DNA from: Blepharisma stoltei ATCC 30299
Taxonomy: Eukaryota > Protista > Ciliophora
Direction of reading: 5' to 3'
Length of the DNA: 64,000 bases
Assembly (NCBI GenBank): GCA_965603825.1
Contig: CBFDEM010000004.1
Span: 949,439-1,013,438, forward strand
The translations under genes were made by a program, and so were the position numbers. Positions within the stretch are counted from its first letter, which is position 1, and every line of letters starts with the position of its first letter. The notes below the pieces were generated by a model, which saw only the letters and a program-made list of their open reading frames with translations, made no database searches and was not told the DNA's origin. This document shows, in pieces, positions 23,501-37,727 of this stretch.

Positions 23501-26500
23501 ATGTTTGAAGGCTTAATTGAAAAGATCCTCCTAGCTAAGCTTGGCAAATTCATTGCAGATCTCGACAAAGACAGTCTAAAAGTTGCCTTATGAAGTGGCG
23601 ATATAACCTTAGAAAATGTTTACCTTAAACCTGATGCACTTTTAATGCTGCAGCTCCCTATTATCTTAAAATACGGACGTATTACCAGACTTATTGTCAA
23701 AGTCCCTTGAGCCCACTTATCAAGTTCTCCTGTCGAAATACTCCTTGAAGGTTTATACGCAGTTGCTTTACCTCAAGAAAGAGAAGAATGGGACTACAGC
23801 GAAGAAGGAGAAATTATCAAGCGCAAAGAAAACATTGAAATGTATGAGCAGAAACGTAAACAGCTTCAAGAACAAAAACTTTTGTCAGCTGCTGAGGAGC
23901 TTAAACAGAAATCTTTTATTGAGAAATTAACCGCAAAAATCGTAGATAATCTGAAATTTACTATAAAAGACATCCATTTAAGATTTGAGTATTCAATGGA
24001 AGGCAGAACTTTTTCAGCTGGAGTTACTCTAGAAAAAATTGAATGCTATACCACAAACCAAAACTGGACATCAGAATTCACCGACCGCCACCAGACCAAC
24101 AACGCTGGAGCTGCTATATTTAAGCTGTTTAAAATTGTAAGCTTAGCGGTATATTGAAAAAGTGAAGATGAAGAAGTTTTAAGCAAAATTACAGAAGAAA
24201 GCGCAATTATTTCAGCTTTAAATAGGCAGATTTATACTTTTAGCGAAGAGCAGCATTTAATTGCACCAAGTAAGGGATTATGTAGTCAATGCTGAAGCGA
24301 AGATTATTCATAATAACGATCTGACCAATTTTCAGAGGCCTAGATATAGCATCAATTTAATTATGCCAGAAATTACAACACATTATCATCAGAGACAATT
24401 CCATGATAGCGTGAAACTTTTTGAGTTCTTTACTGAGCATAATAAATTTCTGCTGAAAATGTAAATTATATTTAGAGAAAACAAAAAGAAATTTCGATCA
24501 CTTTCACCTATAGAAAGAAACCCAAGAAATTTATGGAAATTTGCAATAAGCTGTATTATAAAAACAATAAAGCAAAGGAAAAATAGGGCTATTGACTATT
24601 TTAAGACCCCAATAAGCATAAAAAGCTTTTATGAAGAGCAGTTTAAAATGCTACATAGAAAGCTTAAGAAAAAAGGGTCATTGCCTATAGAAAAGCAAGA
24701 GCTATATAACAAGATTATATACGTCAACAAATTTGAAGACATTTTGGAATGGACTTTGCATGTTTTATCAGTTATTGAGCGAGAATCTAAAATTCAAGAG
24801 GAAAAACCTAAAAAGAAAGGCGGCTGATTTGGATTTTTAGGCAAAGGTAAAGACGCATCCCCAAAAGAAGACGAAGAAGAAACCTACGCCGAAATCTTTG
24901 CAAACCTCGGAGAAGTTGACGAAGCAGCCCCAGAGCTCGCCCCTAAAGACTACATCTGGCTCTTCATTGATTTCCAGCTGCTTAAAGGCACTTTTGAGCT
25001 CAGCAAAACCCGCAACACTCTTCTAGGCGAAATTAAAGAAACCCTAGAATTCACCTATGACAATTTCCACTTTAACAGCGCAATGAGAATGAATGGAGGG
25101 ACCATTTCTTCAGAAATCAGCAATCTTTCCTTAATTTCTTATGATGGAGACGCCCACTTCATGATTTGTCAAAAATTGCAGCCTAATGACTTACCATTTT
25201 TACAGATCCAGACTGAGATTAAGCCACTTGATGAGGACGTTTCTGCAAGAGTGAATTTTTTGTCACAGCCACTGGAGGTAAATTATAATCCTCAAGCAGT
25301 TTCTAAAATTATTTCTTTTTTTGTGGTCCCAGATGTCCAGCAGTCTGCCAAAACGGCAGCCTGGGATACATTGCAAGGCTTACAGGACTCAACTCAAGAG
25401 ACACTGACTGACCTTTTGTATGGGGAGGCAAAATATAGGGTAAATATTCAAGCGTCAGGGCCGAGGGTTAGAATTCCGTCACCTACAGGCCAAGGGTCGT
25501 TTTTGGTGAGTTTAGGAGATGTGTGTTTAACAAATGACCCGAAAATTCAAAATGATAACTATGAAGAGTTTAATTTGTCGGTGTCTTCTATAGAGCTGCA
25601 GTTTAAAACGCCAGATCAGACGTCAATTGATGTCATTTCAAAGTGCGAAATTTATACGTCGCTAAGCTTACTTAAAACGAAATACAAAAAACGAAAAGAA
25701 TATGGCTTATTCCAAGAAGACATGCCAGACGTAAAGCTTTCAGGGGAACTGCCCAATTTGCGGGTGTTTTTGTCGCCTTCTATATATCATCAGCTATTAA
25801 GAATAGGAGACAGCTTTAAGCTTGAAGGAAGCCAAGCCTCTTCAATTACCCTGGAAAAAGAACAAATCATGAACTCCGCTGTTTATTCCTCTTTTTTGCA
25901 AAAGCAAGGCAGAAATGTCCAAAGCTGGCACAAGTTTTTTGGGATTTTGTCAGGAGGGTATATTTATTTTTTTAGAAATGAAAATGATTTAATTGCAGAC
26001 TCCTATTTCTATATAAAAGATAGTAATATTCTTATGATGAAAGATCCGCCAAACTCGCTTAAGCTGCAAAACAGATATGGAGAATGTTTTATTTCTTTTA
26101 ATTCCTTAGAAGTTCTTACTAAGTGGAGAGAAGCCTTGAATCAGCAGATTTTAGAAATCATGTCATATAGAAGTGCTTCAATTATGACTGATAATAGAAA
26201 ATCGAACTATGTGTATGCGAATTTTCAATTAGCGATACCTACAATTTCTTTGAAACTTACTAATGAAGAATATGTAGTACTATCTGAGCTGAAACTACAA
26301 GAAATTGTGTTAGGTACTTCTTTAAGACCATATGATTTAAGTTTGAATATGAAGCTGCAGTCGATGGAAATTGTAGACTTGCAAAGGCATAAAGGTTCAA
26401 GCCACATGACAATTCTGTGTAGAAGCCTAGATGATGAAAATGGGCTCATTGATATGAATTTGCTAGTCTTAGGGAATAATTCGCCTTTATTTCGAGACCA

Positions 26501-29500
26501 AGACATTGAAATTATATTAAAATTAGGCAGTGTAGAGCTGAACTGGAATCCTGATATTTTAGGCAGCATGATCAACTTCTTTGAGTTCGCTGAATATTCA
26601 GACCCATCAGCAGTTCTAGAAGATACCCAAGAAATCCTAAAGCCAGACCATGTGCTTGCAAATCTACGTATTGAAGTAAAAAGCATTGACTTGTATCTTA
26701 ACGTAGTCGAAAGATCATTAAGTATCGCTTTGGCGTCAGCTGTAGATTTTCATACAAATGTCCTTATTCGAAATGGAGGCTATGAATGGAACGGTGTCCT
26801 TGGCAACCTCGAAATTAGTGACCTAACTAACTACCCACAAACCGCCGTATACCAACAAATAAAGCCATTCCGGCTATTTTCTGTCAGAGAGCACTCAGAA
26901 AGTTTGGTAAGGTTCGACATTTTTATCTTCAAAGATAACCACCCACTAAAGCCTAAAAACATCGGAAGCAGGGTCAACGTCGAGCTGAGCTCAATAAGTA
27001 TGATTTATCTGCATCAGCCCGTCATGAGAATTGTAGACTATTTTAATATGAAAATACTAGGACTTTTTGACGTCGGCGCTCGTGTAGAAGACGCAAATGA
27101 CTGGTCGCCAATATACAAGCTCTCCACATTATTAAAATCCCCTACGATAGAAAAACTAAAAGGCCTTATAAGCGGGGTTGTCAGCTTTTCCCAAATTACT
27201 GTAAAAATAAAAAACCCTATGATAACCCTTACACCTAGGCCTAATTATCCAGAATTTTTTGTAGCTGATTTAGGGACTATCACAATTTCTAACAGACAAA
27301 AAGAGACGACAAGCAGAGGAGGCAAAATTTGGCTTGATATTTATGATATAAAAATGAAGGATATTAATATTCATTCTCCTACACAAATTGTAGCTGAAAA
27401 TTTTGACTTAAAATTTGAGGTTGAAAGGCCTGTATTGACGCTAGAACAGATGGCGGGGACTGATATAGACCAAAGTTATATAATGAATGGGGACTGTAGA
27501 AGAATTAAGCTGACTTTGGCACAAAGTGACTATTGCCTTATATTAAAACTATTTGATTTGAATTTAGCTTATGATGATCAGCTAGATGAGTATATAAACC
27601 CAGATAATACCTGCCTTATAGCAGCTAATGAAGTTGACCATGGAGGAGTTTTTATTTTTCTAAATTTAAATATTGAAGTCATTTCGGTGCTTTTTAACAG
27701 CCAAGATGATGAAGAATTCGTGGAACTTTTTTCTGCTAAACAAGTATTAAAACTATGGAAATTCAATGATTATGCAATGGACGTGAAATTTGATAGCCAA
27801 TATTTGCTAGGGCTTATAAGTGAGCTTAAAGTTAGGCCTGAGGAAGCCACAGATTGGGAAAGCGCCCAAGCTATTTTTAGTATCCCTATTGAAGGGATTT
27901 TGCAAGTTCTTGAATATGAAGATGACGACACCAGGCTTTCTCATGTGCTATTTGGACCTTTAGGAAGCCCTGAAGAGTATGGGGAATCCTCAATATTTAG
28001 CTTTGACTTAAAATGCAACTTTGATGGCTGCAAAGATATGATTATTAATATAAACCAAGTCAGGATTAATTTTCATTTAGCTGCTTTTGAGCAGATTCAG
28101 CATTTTGTGTACTATGGCTTACCTGATTATTCAAAAGAAGAAGACACCCCATTTGACTATATCAATAAATATAGACCCTCAAAACATATGATTGGGAAAG
28201 AACTAAGCACTGAATATTTTGGGCCAAGAATAAACGTGAATATCCTCATAAAAGAGCCTATTATGCTCCTCCCATCATTTTTATCTAGCCGAGTCTTGGT
28301 AGCTCAGTCTGATATTTCTTTTCAATATATAAGGGAAAAAGAAGAAATCGCCAAAACAGGGACTGACCCTTCAAGAACCAAAATTTTTATTATCCATGAG
28401 CTTGAAATTTATAGCTGTGTGCTTGATGATCTCGCCTCACAAGCTTCTTTTAAGCGTGTCCAGAAGCGAAGAGTCCTAGAGCCAGTCCAAGTTTGCTATG
28501 AAAGTAAAGAATTCATGGTATCCGAGCATGTCCAAAACTATGAAATTTCTTATTTAATCGGAAGTTTCCAAATGACAGTGTCTCACAAAGACTTACTGCT
28601 TATGAACCAGGCCTTGAAATTCCAAAAAGAGATGCTAAATCGCGAAAAAAAGGCTACAGAAGAGCTACAGAGAAAAAAAAGTGAAGAATTTGACATAGAA
28701 ATGGAAGAAGTCCCTGACGTAAATGACACAGTTTTAACTTTTTCTAACAACCGGCAGTCAATATTTAGGTCTGCCGCAACTAAAAGGAAAAGAACGTGGA
28801 TTGTAGACAATGAAGACGAAGACGGAATTTCAGAAAATTCAGGGGTCAATAGCATCCTTAAGTATTCTACAATGTCAAGCCCATTCCTCGAGGAATCCAA
28901 AAATGAAGAAACGTCTTCAATAACCAGCACAAAATTTTCTATTGCAGGAATCAATATAATTATCATTAATGACGCTTCAGGCGTATACAGCCCTATTATT
29001 GACTTTAATGCCCTGGATTTCCATATCAAAATGAGCGAAAACAACACAAATTGGAATTTAGGCACCTGAATTGGCCTGAGGTCGAATTTTTATAATCCAC
29101 TTTTAGACACCTGGGAGCCGTTTGTGGAGCTTTTTTATATTAGTTTAGAAGTAGTAGACTGCCCTGAAAACAACCCAAGGCAACAAGTCAGCATAACGAT
29201 CGACTCAGAAAAGCCATTAGATATCAATATTTCCGAAATCATGGTAAAACACCTTACGAAAGTATTTGAGACTTGGAATAAAAGCGACCCATCTAAAGAG
29301 ACCAAAGAAGTAGTGTCTCCTCTTGCCATTGCAAACTTAACGGGGTATCCTATAATGATCGAAAAAACGAGGAAAAATAAAAAAAATGAAGCCTTTGCGA
29401 TGGTGATTGAGCCCTGTGCGATGCTTGATTATGAGCTTGACCCTAATGAGGTCAGAAATTTAGACCTTTCCCGGGAGCTGCTTAATGCTACTATATATAG

Positions 29501-32500
29501 AAATGAAGCACCTTTTGAGCCAATCACAAATATCCCTATTAACAGAGTCCAAAGCATCGACGTAAATGTCACTGACGGTGGAAATTTGATCCCTGTCATA
29601 TTAGATATTGATCTTATGGGCACCCGAAAAGTCTTAAAAATAAGGTCTTCTATTGTAATAAAAAATGAGACAATATACGATATGAGGATTTTATTTAGCA
29701 GGGCTCACGATATGGACGAAAGACTATGCAAAGCAGGCGAAGAATGCCCAGTCCCTATTGATTTTACAAACCACCTAATGGGAATTATCCCTCTCCACAT
29801 TAACGACCACGAATGGAAAATGAAAAAACTCGACAATATCTGTTCACAAAAAAACGGATTTTCTATAGCTATCAGGTCTTTAGATTTTAATGCAGTTTTG
29901 CACCTACAAAAAGATAAATCTAACCCCAAAAAAGTGACTATTTGTATAAAGCCGCCTTTTGTGTTTAGAAATTATATGCCGACAAACATAGGGCTTTGGC
30001 TGTTTTATGATTCTTTTAAGAGGCAAGCTTGTGAAGAGTATGTGATAGAGACCACGAAGAGTCTGCAGATTTATTCGACAGAGGCAAGCATTGAAATGCA
30101 GTGTGGGCTGGGGGTCCCAGGATTTAGGAAATCGCCGAAGACTGTTTTGTTGTCGAGACATGAAAAGCCACCTAAAAGTATTCAGCTGCTGGATGAGAGA
30201 AAAGAAGTTTTGATAGTAAATGTAGACTATAAATTCCAAGGCAGCCATATTTTTACTTTTTACCCTGCAACTGTACTTATTAATAGCACTCTATTACCAT
30301 TGACTTTTTACTATAGAAAATCAGGAACCAGCAAAATTGTAGCTGGCCAAAAGCACCAAAGCAACATCGTCCCTCATCACGAAGTCCGAAAAATCGCTAT
30401 CAGCATTGGCGCAAGCGAAAAAAAATCAAAATTCTTCAAAATCGCCACAGTCGGAGCTCAAAATATCATCGAATTTAATGGCGAAAAAAGCAGGGCAGGG
30501 ATAAAGTCCAAGTATCAGTTTACCTATGAGGTCCAGCTCACTCAAGTCCTTAAAGAAGAGCTTTTATTTACCAAAACCGTCGTGATTTCTCCTCGATTTC
30601 TGCTTATAAACTCTATGGAAGAAGACTTAATTATCATGCAGTTTGGAAGCGAAAATAATGAAATGATTTTGGCAAGGCAGTCTAGAGAGCCTTACCATTG
30701 GCCAGACTCAAAATTAAATGAACTGATGTGCATTAAAATTGTTGGGCAAGCCTGGTCATCTTCAGGGGCATTTTCTGTGACGAGTATAGGCACTTTTACA
30801 GTCCAATGCAAAAGTACAAGAAATCCAGGGATTTTTAAAATGATTAGGGTCGAAATAAAACTAGTAAGCAGCACTGCATATGTAATATTTGACGAAGAAA
30901 ACGAGAAATTTTCTTCATATAGGATAGAAAACTTATCAAATCAATTTTCTCTTAAAATTTACCAGAAAAAATGCAAAGACGAGTACCGCTGGATTGACAT
31001 CAATACTTACTCTCCCTTTTCCTGGTCACAGCCACTTATGGCTCACGAAATTGTGGTACATTTCTACGTCGGGTCTTTATATGAATACCCTGTGCAAACA
31101 GGCTGTAAAAAGGTTTTTGCCTTTAACAAGATGCGAGACTCCTATGTAATTGACATTAAATTGACCCCAGAACTAGGCAGCATTTTATACGCATCTACCA
31201 CTAATGAAGGATCCACCAAGGTATTACGAATTTCTGACAGTCCGCTGAGAAAAGAATCCACTGAGGACGAAATGGTCTTTGTGCAGTACAACATTGGGGT
31301 TTCCCGGTTCGGGATTTCTTTAATTGAGCATTACCAAGAACAGGTGCGAGAACTCCTATATTTTTCTGCCAGAGATATCGCAATATATTGCCAAAAAACC
31401 AAGCAGCAGTGGAAAAGTGAATTTATGATAAAAACGATGCAGATTGATAACCAGTACAATTTTAATGCAATTTATCCAGTTTTGTTAAACCCGTCACTGA
31501 TGACTCAGGACCGAAATGTTCTAGAACTGACTGCGACACTTTATATAGACTCTCATCCGAATTGCTATAATTTTGAAGATTGTGAGCTTTTAATCCAAAC
31601 TTTAAATATAAATTTAGAAAGCCCTATCCTTAGAAAACTTATGGAGCTTGCAGGCAGAATTTATTTCCAGCAAGGCACTGTAAATGACTCAGTTAAGCTG
31701 TATAAGGACCATTCTCATCCTAAATGGTCTATTGAAGAAAAACTTGAACAAGAAACTGGGTTTTACTTTGCAAAATTGAGGCTGTTTCCTATAAAAATAT
31801 TATTGACTTTTGTACCGATAAAAGAAGAAGTTGAAGAAAACAGCGAAGACACCTTTGCCACTGTCGCAAAAGCCCTTGGGATGGGGATTACTGCAATAGA
31901 GTCAGCCCCAGTAAAACTTTATACTGTAGAAATGATCGACGTTTTTGGCACCCAATGGCAAATTTTGTCAGCTTTAGAAATTCACTATAAAACTCAGCTT
32001 GTCAGCGAACTTTTTACATTAATTGGGCATTCTGAAATACTAGGAAACCCTATTGGGCTGCTAAATAATCTTGGGACTGGCGTTTTTGACTTTTTCTATG
32101 AGCCTGCACTTGGGATTGTACAAGGGCCTATCAGTGCTGGCAAAGGGCTACTTAAAGGGACCCATTCACTAGTAAAAAATACAGTCCAAGGGACGTTTGG
32201 GACTGTTTCTCTGCTAGCCAATTCCTTGGCAAAAGGAATAACGACCGTTACTATGGATAAAGAATACCAATTGGAGCGGCAAAGAGACAAGGCCAAAAAT
32301 AAGCCAAAAAATGTGGTGGATGGGATAGGCATGGGAGTTACCAGCTTTTTAATGAATATTGGAAAAGGGATCACTGGGGTAGTGGCTGAGCCTGTAAAAG
32401 GGTATAAGAAAAATAAAATCAAAGGGATGTTTATGGGAGGCTATAGAGGGGTGACTGGACTAGTCATGAAACCTGTGGCAGGAGCGCTTGATGTAGTTAG

Positions 32501-32639
32501 TAAAGCTGCAGAAGGGATTAAAAATACTGCACAAACTGTAGAAACACCAGCAAGTTTGAAAAGAATGAGGCATCCAAGACAGCTGAATGGGAAGAATTGC
32601 ATATTGAAGCCTTATATTTACACTGAAGAAGAATTATAA
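23501..32639 (+). CDS. VPS13: VPS13-family bridge-like lipid transfer protein (~3,035 aa)
   Basis: Chorein-N MFEGLIEKIL..LKVAL(W)SGDITLENV..KVP(W). TGA=Trp at 23591, 23708, 24155, 24825 and 29067; introns 24270-24285 and 24461-24475. WEPFVE, VAB region, ILGNPIGLL, ATG_C GVTGLVMKPVAG, RMRHPR. Confidence 0.93.
24270..24285 (+). other. 16-nt spliceosomal intron
   Basis: GTAAGGGATTATGTAG with A six nt from the 3' end. Needed to restore the VPS13 frame. Confidence 0.85.
24461..24475 (+). other. 15-nt spliceosomal intron
   Basis: GTAAATTATATTTAG contains an in-frame TAA. The downstream exon gives the VPS13 NPRNLWKFAI motif. Confidence 0.88.
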
Positions 32640-32731
32640 GTTTTGAATAAATTTAGACTTTTAAATTATTTTTAAAATAAATAGCAGGTGCCTTTTTACT
32701 TTTATCACCTAAAAATTAATTATTCAACATA

Positions 32732-33751
32732 TTAAGCAAAATAAGCACTCACCCCAAGTACCTGTGTGCTCATAAAAGTTCCTCTCAACGCCACAATTTC
32801 AAGTCTATTTTCATTTGGTATTACAAATGCTTCCCCCTTTGCTTTCCCATACCTTCATCTTTTTTCATTTGCTGTACAAAATTCTACCATGCTTAGTCCT
32901 TTTCCATCCACATAGCCACTTATCCCTACCAAATAGTCATTTTCTTCAATCTGCAAAGAATAGCACGTCGTTTTTTCTGACCTCGAGCTATTAGAATAAT
33001 TATAGCTTGAGCTTTCGAATTTTTCATTTTTATTATATAAAATTTCCAGCCCATAAATCCTTCTCCCAGCTGACGTATTAATTCCGATGATTTTCGAAGT
33101 TTTTCTTTTAATGTGAGGATGCAGCTGCAGAGCATAAAAGTCGTCTACAGTCAAAGAGAACTGTTTTTCTATTCCGTAGTATTTTGATTTTACAATTGTC
33201 GAAGGCTGGTAGTTATTTGTTGGGGCCATTTCGGATGCTGGAGATAATTCCAAAGGAATATTTTTGATTTGGATAGGCTGAACTGCTATATAGCTAAGAG
33301 TGTCTCGGATGCCTACAAGTAGCGAAAATATTGAATACCCTCTAGGTATTTTGTATTTAAAAGCCCCTAGTGCTAAAGCATTCCCGAACTCTGCGTATCT
33401 GCCTTTATTAGTATGGAAATGCAAAAAATCAATTGTTGTTTTGGCGCAGCCGTTTAGCTCAGTTAAATATTCGTCATATCCAAGAATTAGCTCAGCAGAA
33501 GTCACCCTTTCGTCATAAGCGTAGCCTATATGTGGGCCTGGACATAATAAATCGCCTGTTCTTGGGTTGATGAAATTTAGCTCAATTCCAATTATTGTGC
33601 ATCCAGGAATGTGCCAGCATTTGATTTTGTTAAGCTTGTAGTCATTGTAAAACTGGTCTCTAGTAGTAGAAAGGATTTCTATATCATTATGCATTTCAAG
33701 CTCTGAAGGATTTGTGCCGATCCCTTTCTTTATGTCAATTTCTATTTTCAT
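32732..33751 (-). CDS. Tandem jacalin-like lectin (beta-prism) protein
   Basis: LGYDEYLTELNG..IDFLHFHTNKGR..FG and IEENDYLVGISG..VEFCT. Reading TGA 32855 as Trp completes the second domain (..VLGVSAYFA, TAA at 32732). Confidence 0.8.
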
Positions 33752-34000
33752 ATTTAATTAATGTAACTTAGGTATTTCTTTTACTAAATTATGAGAAAAA
33801 ATAAAATTACAGTTAATTTTTTGATTGAAAAAGACTTTTAATAATAAATTATTCTTTTGAATAGTATAAAATCCATTAAAAATGCACATAATGGGATATC
33901 ACGAATCAAGAAAGTTTTAATTAAATTTTTAATTTATTTGCTCATATCAATTTCTTTAAGATCATAAATTTGCAAATATTAGATTAGCTGTGATGGTTTA

Positions 34001-34249
34001 CTAAAAATCTGTAAGTTCATTTACTAGCATTTCGCTCGCTCTTCGTTTCTTAAGCCATGATCGCTTCTTTATATGCCTATACAAATAAAACCCGATCACA
34101 CTCATAATAATCATTCCTAGAATTCCTATCAGCAGCCAGAGTCACCATAAATTTGTATCTGTTGAGTTATCTGACGTCGAATTGTGAGGTTGTTCGTCCC
34201 ATAATATTGTTTCCGTGTAATTAAAGTAATTTTCTTCTATCGCGACCAT
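34001..34249 (-). CDS. Small single-pass membrane protein (82 aa)
   Basis: MVAIEENYFNYTE..HNSTSDNSTDTNLW(W=TGA)LWLLIGILGMIIMSVIGFYLYRHIKKRS: three NxT sequons, a TM helix and a basic tail. Missed by the ORF track. Confidence 0.65.
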
Positions 34250-34461
34250 TTATATATGATAGAAAGAATCAGTCTGTGAATAACAAAATTAGCCAGCCCT
34301 CAGGCTCAGCCCAATAATCCGACCCAAACAGTTTTATTATCAACTATTATTTCAAATAATTTATCTTTTACTTAACGTTATTGTAGAATCATGAGTATTA
34401 TCTATCCCAATTAATTATTTCTCGCGAATTTCTTATTCTGTAGCTAAGTTCTCTATAAATT

Positions 34462-36555
34462 ATGGCTTCACTTGTGAAGATGAAAAATTTTAAACTTTGG
34501 AGTCAGCCTTTTTCAGATGACGAAGATGAGAAACGTCCAGACTCACCTACAGTCCTTATAACGAACGCAAATATAGCCCCAGCTATCTTAAAGCTGACTA
34601 CTATATCTCTGCTAAAAATATACCGAATTTGCAATCCCAACTATTCATATGATCCTTCTGAAAATCCGACGAGGCCACTTACCAAGCCGAATGAGCCAAA
34701 ATTCAATAATGGCTATGACAATGAGCATTACAACTATATTCTCTACGTCAACCAAATTCTCACAAGTCCTGAGAACGAACAATATATCATTTTGGATTCC
34801 CTCGGTGAAGGAACTTTTGGCCAAGTCGTCAAAGTCCGCAAGCGGAACGGTGAACTTTTTGCTGCCAAAGTTATCAAAAACAAACCCGCCTATTTCATAC
34901 AAGGACTTATCGAGGTCAAAATTCTGAGCAAGTTAAACAGAAACCTCGACCCTCACGACCAAAACCACATAGTCAGGATGATTGATTATTTTGTGTTTAG
35001 GAACCATTTGGTTATCATTTTTGAGCTATTATCCTTGAATATTTATGAATTAATTAAAAAAAATGATATGAGAGGGTTCAGCCTGTCCTTAATCCGGTCC
35101 TTTACCAAACAGATTTTAGAAGCTTTTTGTGTATTAGAAAAAGGTAATATTATTCACTGTGATTTAAAGCCAGAAAATGTCCTGCTAGTTAACGACAGCG
35201 TCAATGTAAAAGTGATAGATTTCGGCAGCGCCTGTTTTGAGGACGCCACAATATACACTTATATACAGTCAAGATATTATAGGTCGCCTGAAGTATTAGT
35301 AGGAGTCCCTTATGGCTCTGAAATTGATACCTGGAGCTTGGGGTGTATCTGTGCAGAACTCTTTATAGGGATTCCACTGTTCCCAGGCGCCAATGAATAT
35401 GAGCAGCTATATAGGATTATTCAGCTTTTAGGGCCACTTGAGCAGTCATTTATTAATGAAGGCAAATTTCGAGATAAGCTATTTATTTTGGAAAATGGCG
35501 AATATAGGTTAAAGGCAAGGGAAGAATTCATGAAGGTACTTGGTAAATAGACTCAAGGGGTTCAGCTTCAGCCTTATCGGGTTTTCACAAACCTCTCAAG
35601 CCTGGACGACTTGTTGTATTTAGATAGAAGGATCCCGAATGAAGAAAATGATATAGAAAATAGGAAGCCTTTTGTGCATTTTTTGAAAGGGTTATTGATT
35701 TTGGATCCTACAAAAAGATGGAGCGCACACCAGGCGATCATGCATCCGTTTATAAGGGGTGGGAACTGTGAGAGCTTTATGCCGCCGTCAAGTAAATTTT
35801 ATATAGAGATTCATAGAGAGTATCGAGCGCCTGTAGGTGCACTGAGAGGGTCATGCCCATCATTACTTGAAAGAATCAGAAATAGCCAAGACATGACTGA
35901 AAAGTCTGAAAACGCTTGCTATCGGCCATGTGTCGAAGAGCTCCAAGACAACTTCTTCACTGGCTTTGCCCACGGCAAGCTTGTCCAAGTTTCGTCGCCT
36001 CCTCAAAACCCTCCTATAATCGAAGCCTCCAAAATGCAGTTTCAGCCAGTCCAAAACCCCTTCGCCAATATGCCTATGAATTTTAACCCAAACCAATTTT
36101 CCCAACCTTTTAATGCTCCTCCAGGTTTTTTGCCTCTTCCTGATATAAGAGGTCCTAGGTACATGAGACCTCATAGCTACGGGCCAGGCGGGGCGTACCA
36201 AACAATACCACGGCCTTACAGTCCTAAGCTTGAGGACGGAAAAGCCAAAAATAAGAAAAAAAAATATTCAAATAAAATGAAATATGACAGTCAAAGAAGT
36301 TCGTCGTATACTGCCAAAGACCATCATAAGCCGAAAGTCAGAAAACAAGAGCCAAGACCAAGCTCTATTGAGGATGGAAAAATGAACTCTCCAAAGCATG
36401 ATAAGTTCCCAACATTAACAAAGTTTGACGAAAGACAAATTCCTCCAATAAACAGCGTTTTCACTCCAAAGAACGTTGGGTTACCTGTAATCCCTGAAAT
36501 TGGATACTTAGAAAAAATCAAAAAAGAAGCAAAAGATATAGGTAAAGCCAATTAA
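34462..36555 (+). CDS. YAK1: YAK1-like DYRK-family dual-specificity kinase
   Basis: LTKP..NNGYDNEHYNYILYVNQIL, LGEGTFGQVVK, IIHCDLKPEN, DFGSA, YTYIQSRYYRSPE; one intron at 35536-35550. Confidence 0.9.
35536..35550 (+). other. 15-nt spliceosomal intron
   Basis: GTACTTGGTAAATAG with A at position 10; ends in the in-frame TAG inside the kinase domain. Confidence 0.88.
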
Positions 36556-36601
36556 AGTAATAAAAAATAATTGAAAAATTAAAGAAAATAGGGTAGATAT
36601 T

Positions 36602-37696
36602 ATGAGGAGACAAGGGATGTATCAGCTGATTTCTAAAAGAAAAGCAAAGATATGCTTGGATTTTTTGGTAGAAGATCGGCTTATTAAAGAAACTGGAGAG
36701 ATGTGGGAGAAGTTTAGGGTGTTTAAAATTGAAAAAAATAATCATGTGTTGTTTGAGTTTTTAGGGGAGTCTGAAGAGGATTGCAAAGTTTGGAATTTTA
36801 GAAAAGGAGTCATATATTTAACAGAAAATTTATTTGGGTATGCTGATGAAAGAGTTCAATGCAAATTGAAAAGAGAAAAAATCATCAATGTTTTTGTCAG
36901 CCAAAATAATGCTTATTTTTTAGAAAATAACGAAATTCACAAATTTAATTACTCCCATATAAAAAGAAAGCATAAAGGAGTCTTCAAGATGCCGAGGACA
37001 CTAGTGCTAAAAATCGAAAATTTCAATGAATATTTTTCCCCAAATGAGCTCAAAAAAGTTTTTTTCTTTTTAGAAAGCTCCAATATGTATTCTATTGCGT
37101 CAGAGTTTAAAATTGGGATTATTAAGCATGGGAATATAATTCAATCATTCAGAATTTCTGAATCAATTAGAGGGATAAAAGAAATCTCAAAAGAAATTAC
37201 TATAGAAGGCAGCTATAATGATTTTAAAATAGAGAAAAAACAGGCGGTTCTGCCTAAACAGGTACAAAATCCTGCACAGAAGTTTAAACCTTCGATAAAG
37301 GCAATGCAAGCGTTAGAAAACTCGGAAGCAATAACAGAAACAATTGATTTATTTTGGCACCAAGAGCTAAAAGGGAGCTTAGAAAACAAGCTGATATCAG
37401 ATTGACATCTTCAGCCTTTAGATAGAGTATTTTTGTCTTCTCAAGAATTTTACCAAGACTATCTCTACGATTATATCAAAAATTATTTATCACTAACAGT
37501 TCAAGGCTTTTACCACACAAACCCTGATGCTTTACTGTTACTGCAAGAAGCCTTGAGAGAGCAAGAGCAGAACTTATATGGAGACGGGCTGGTAAAACCA
37601 AACCAGCCGCTGTCTACTTTAATAAAAGACTCTTTACCATTTGCAACTCAGTTCGATAATCCTTCACAGACCCATATCCATACTTTATTTTCATAG
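36602..37696 (+). CDS. Hypothetical protein
   Basis: ORFs 36602 and 37433 share a frame and are joined by TGA at 37403; stop TAG. No motif recognised. Confidence 0.6.
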
Positions 37697-37727
37697 ACGA
37701 TATTTTTAACATAAAATCTTTTATAAA

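Noticed and set aside
26225-32422. Many antisense ORFs over VPS13 (also over RCC1, ABCB and the kinases)
   Set aside because: They are shadow ORFs of long coding regions with no motifs, expected from codon bias.
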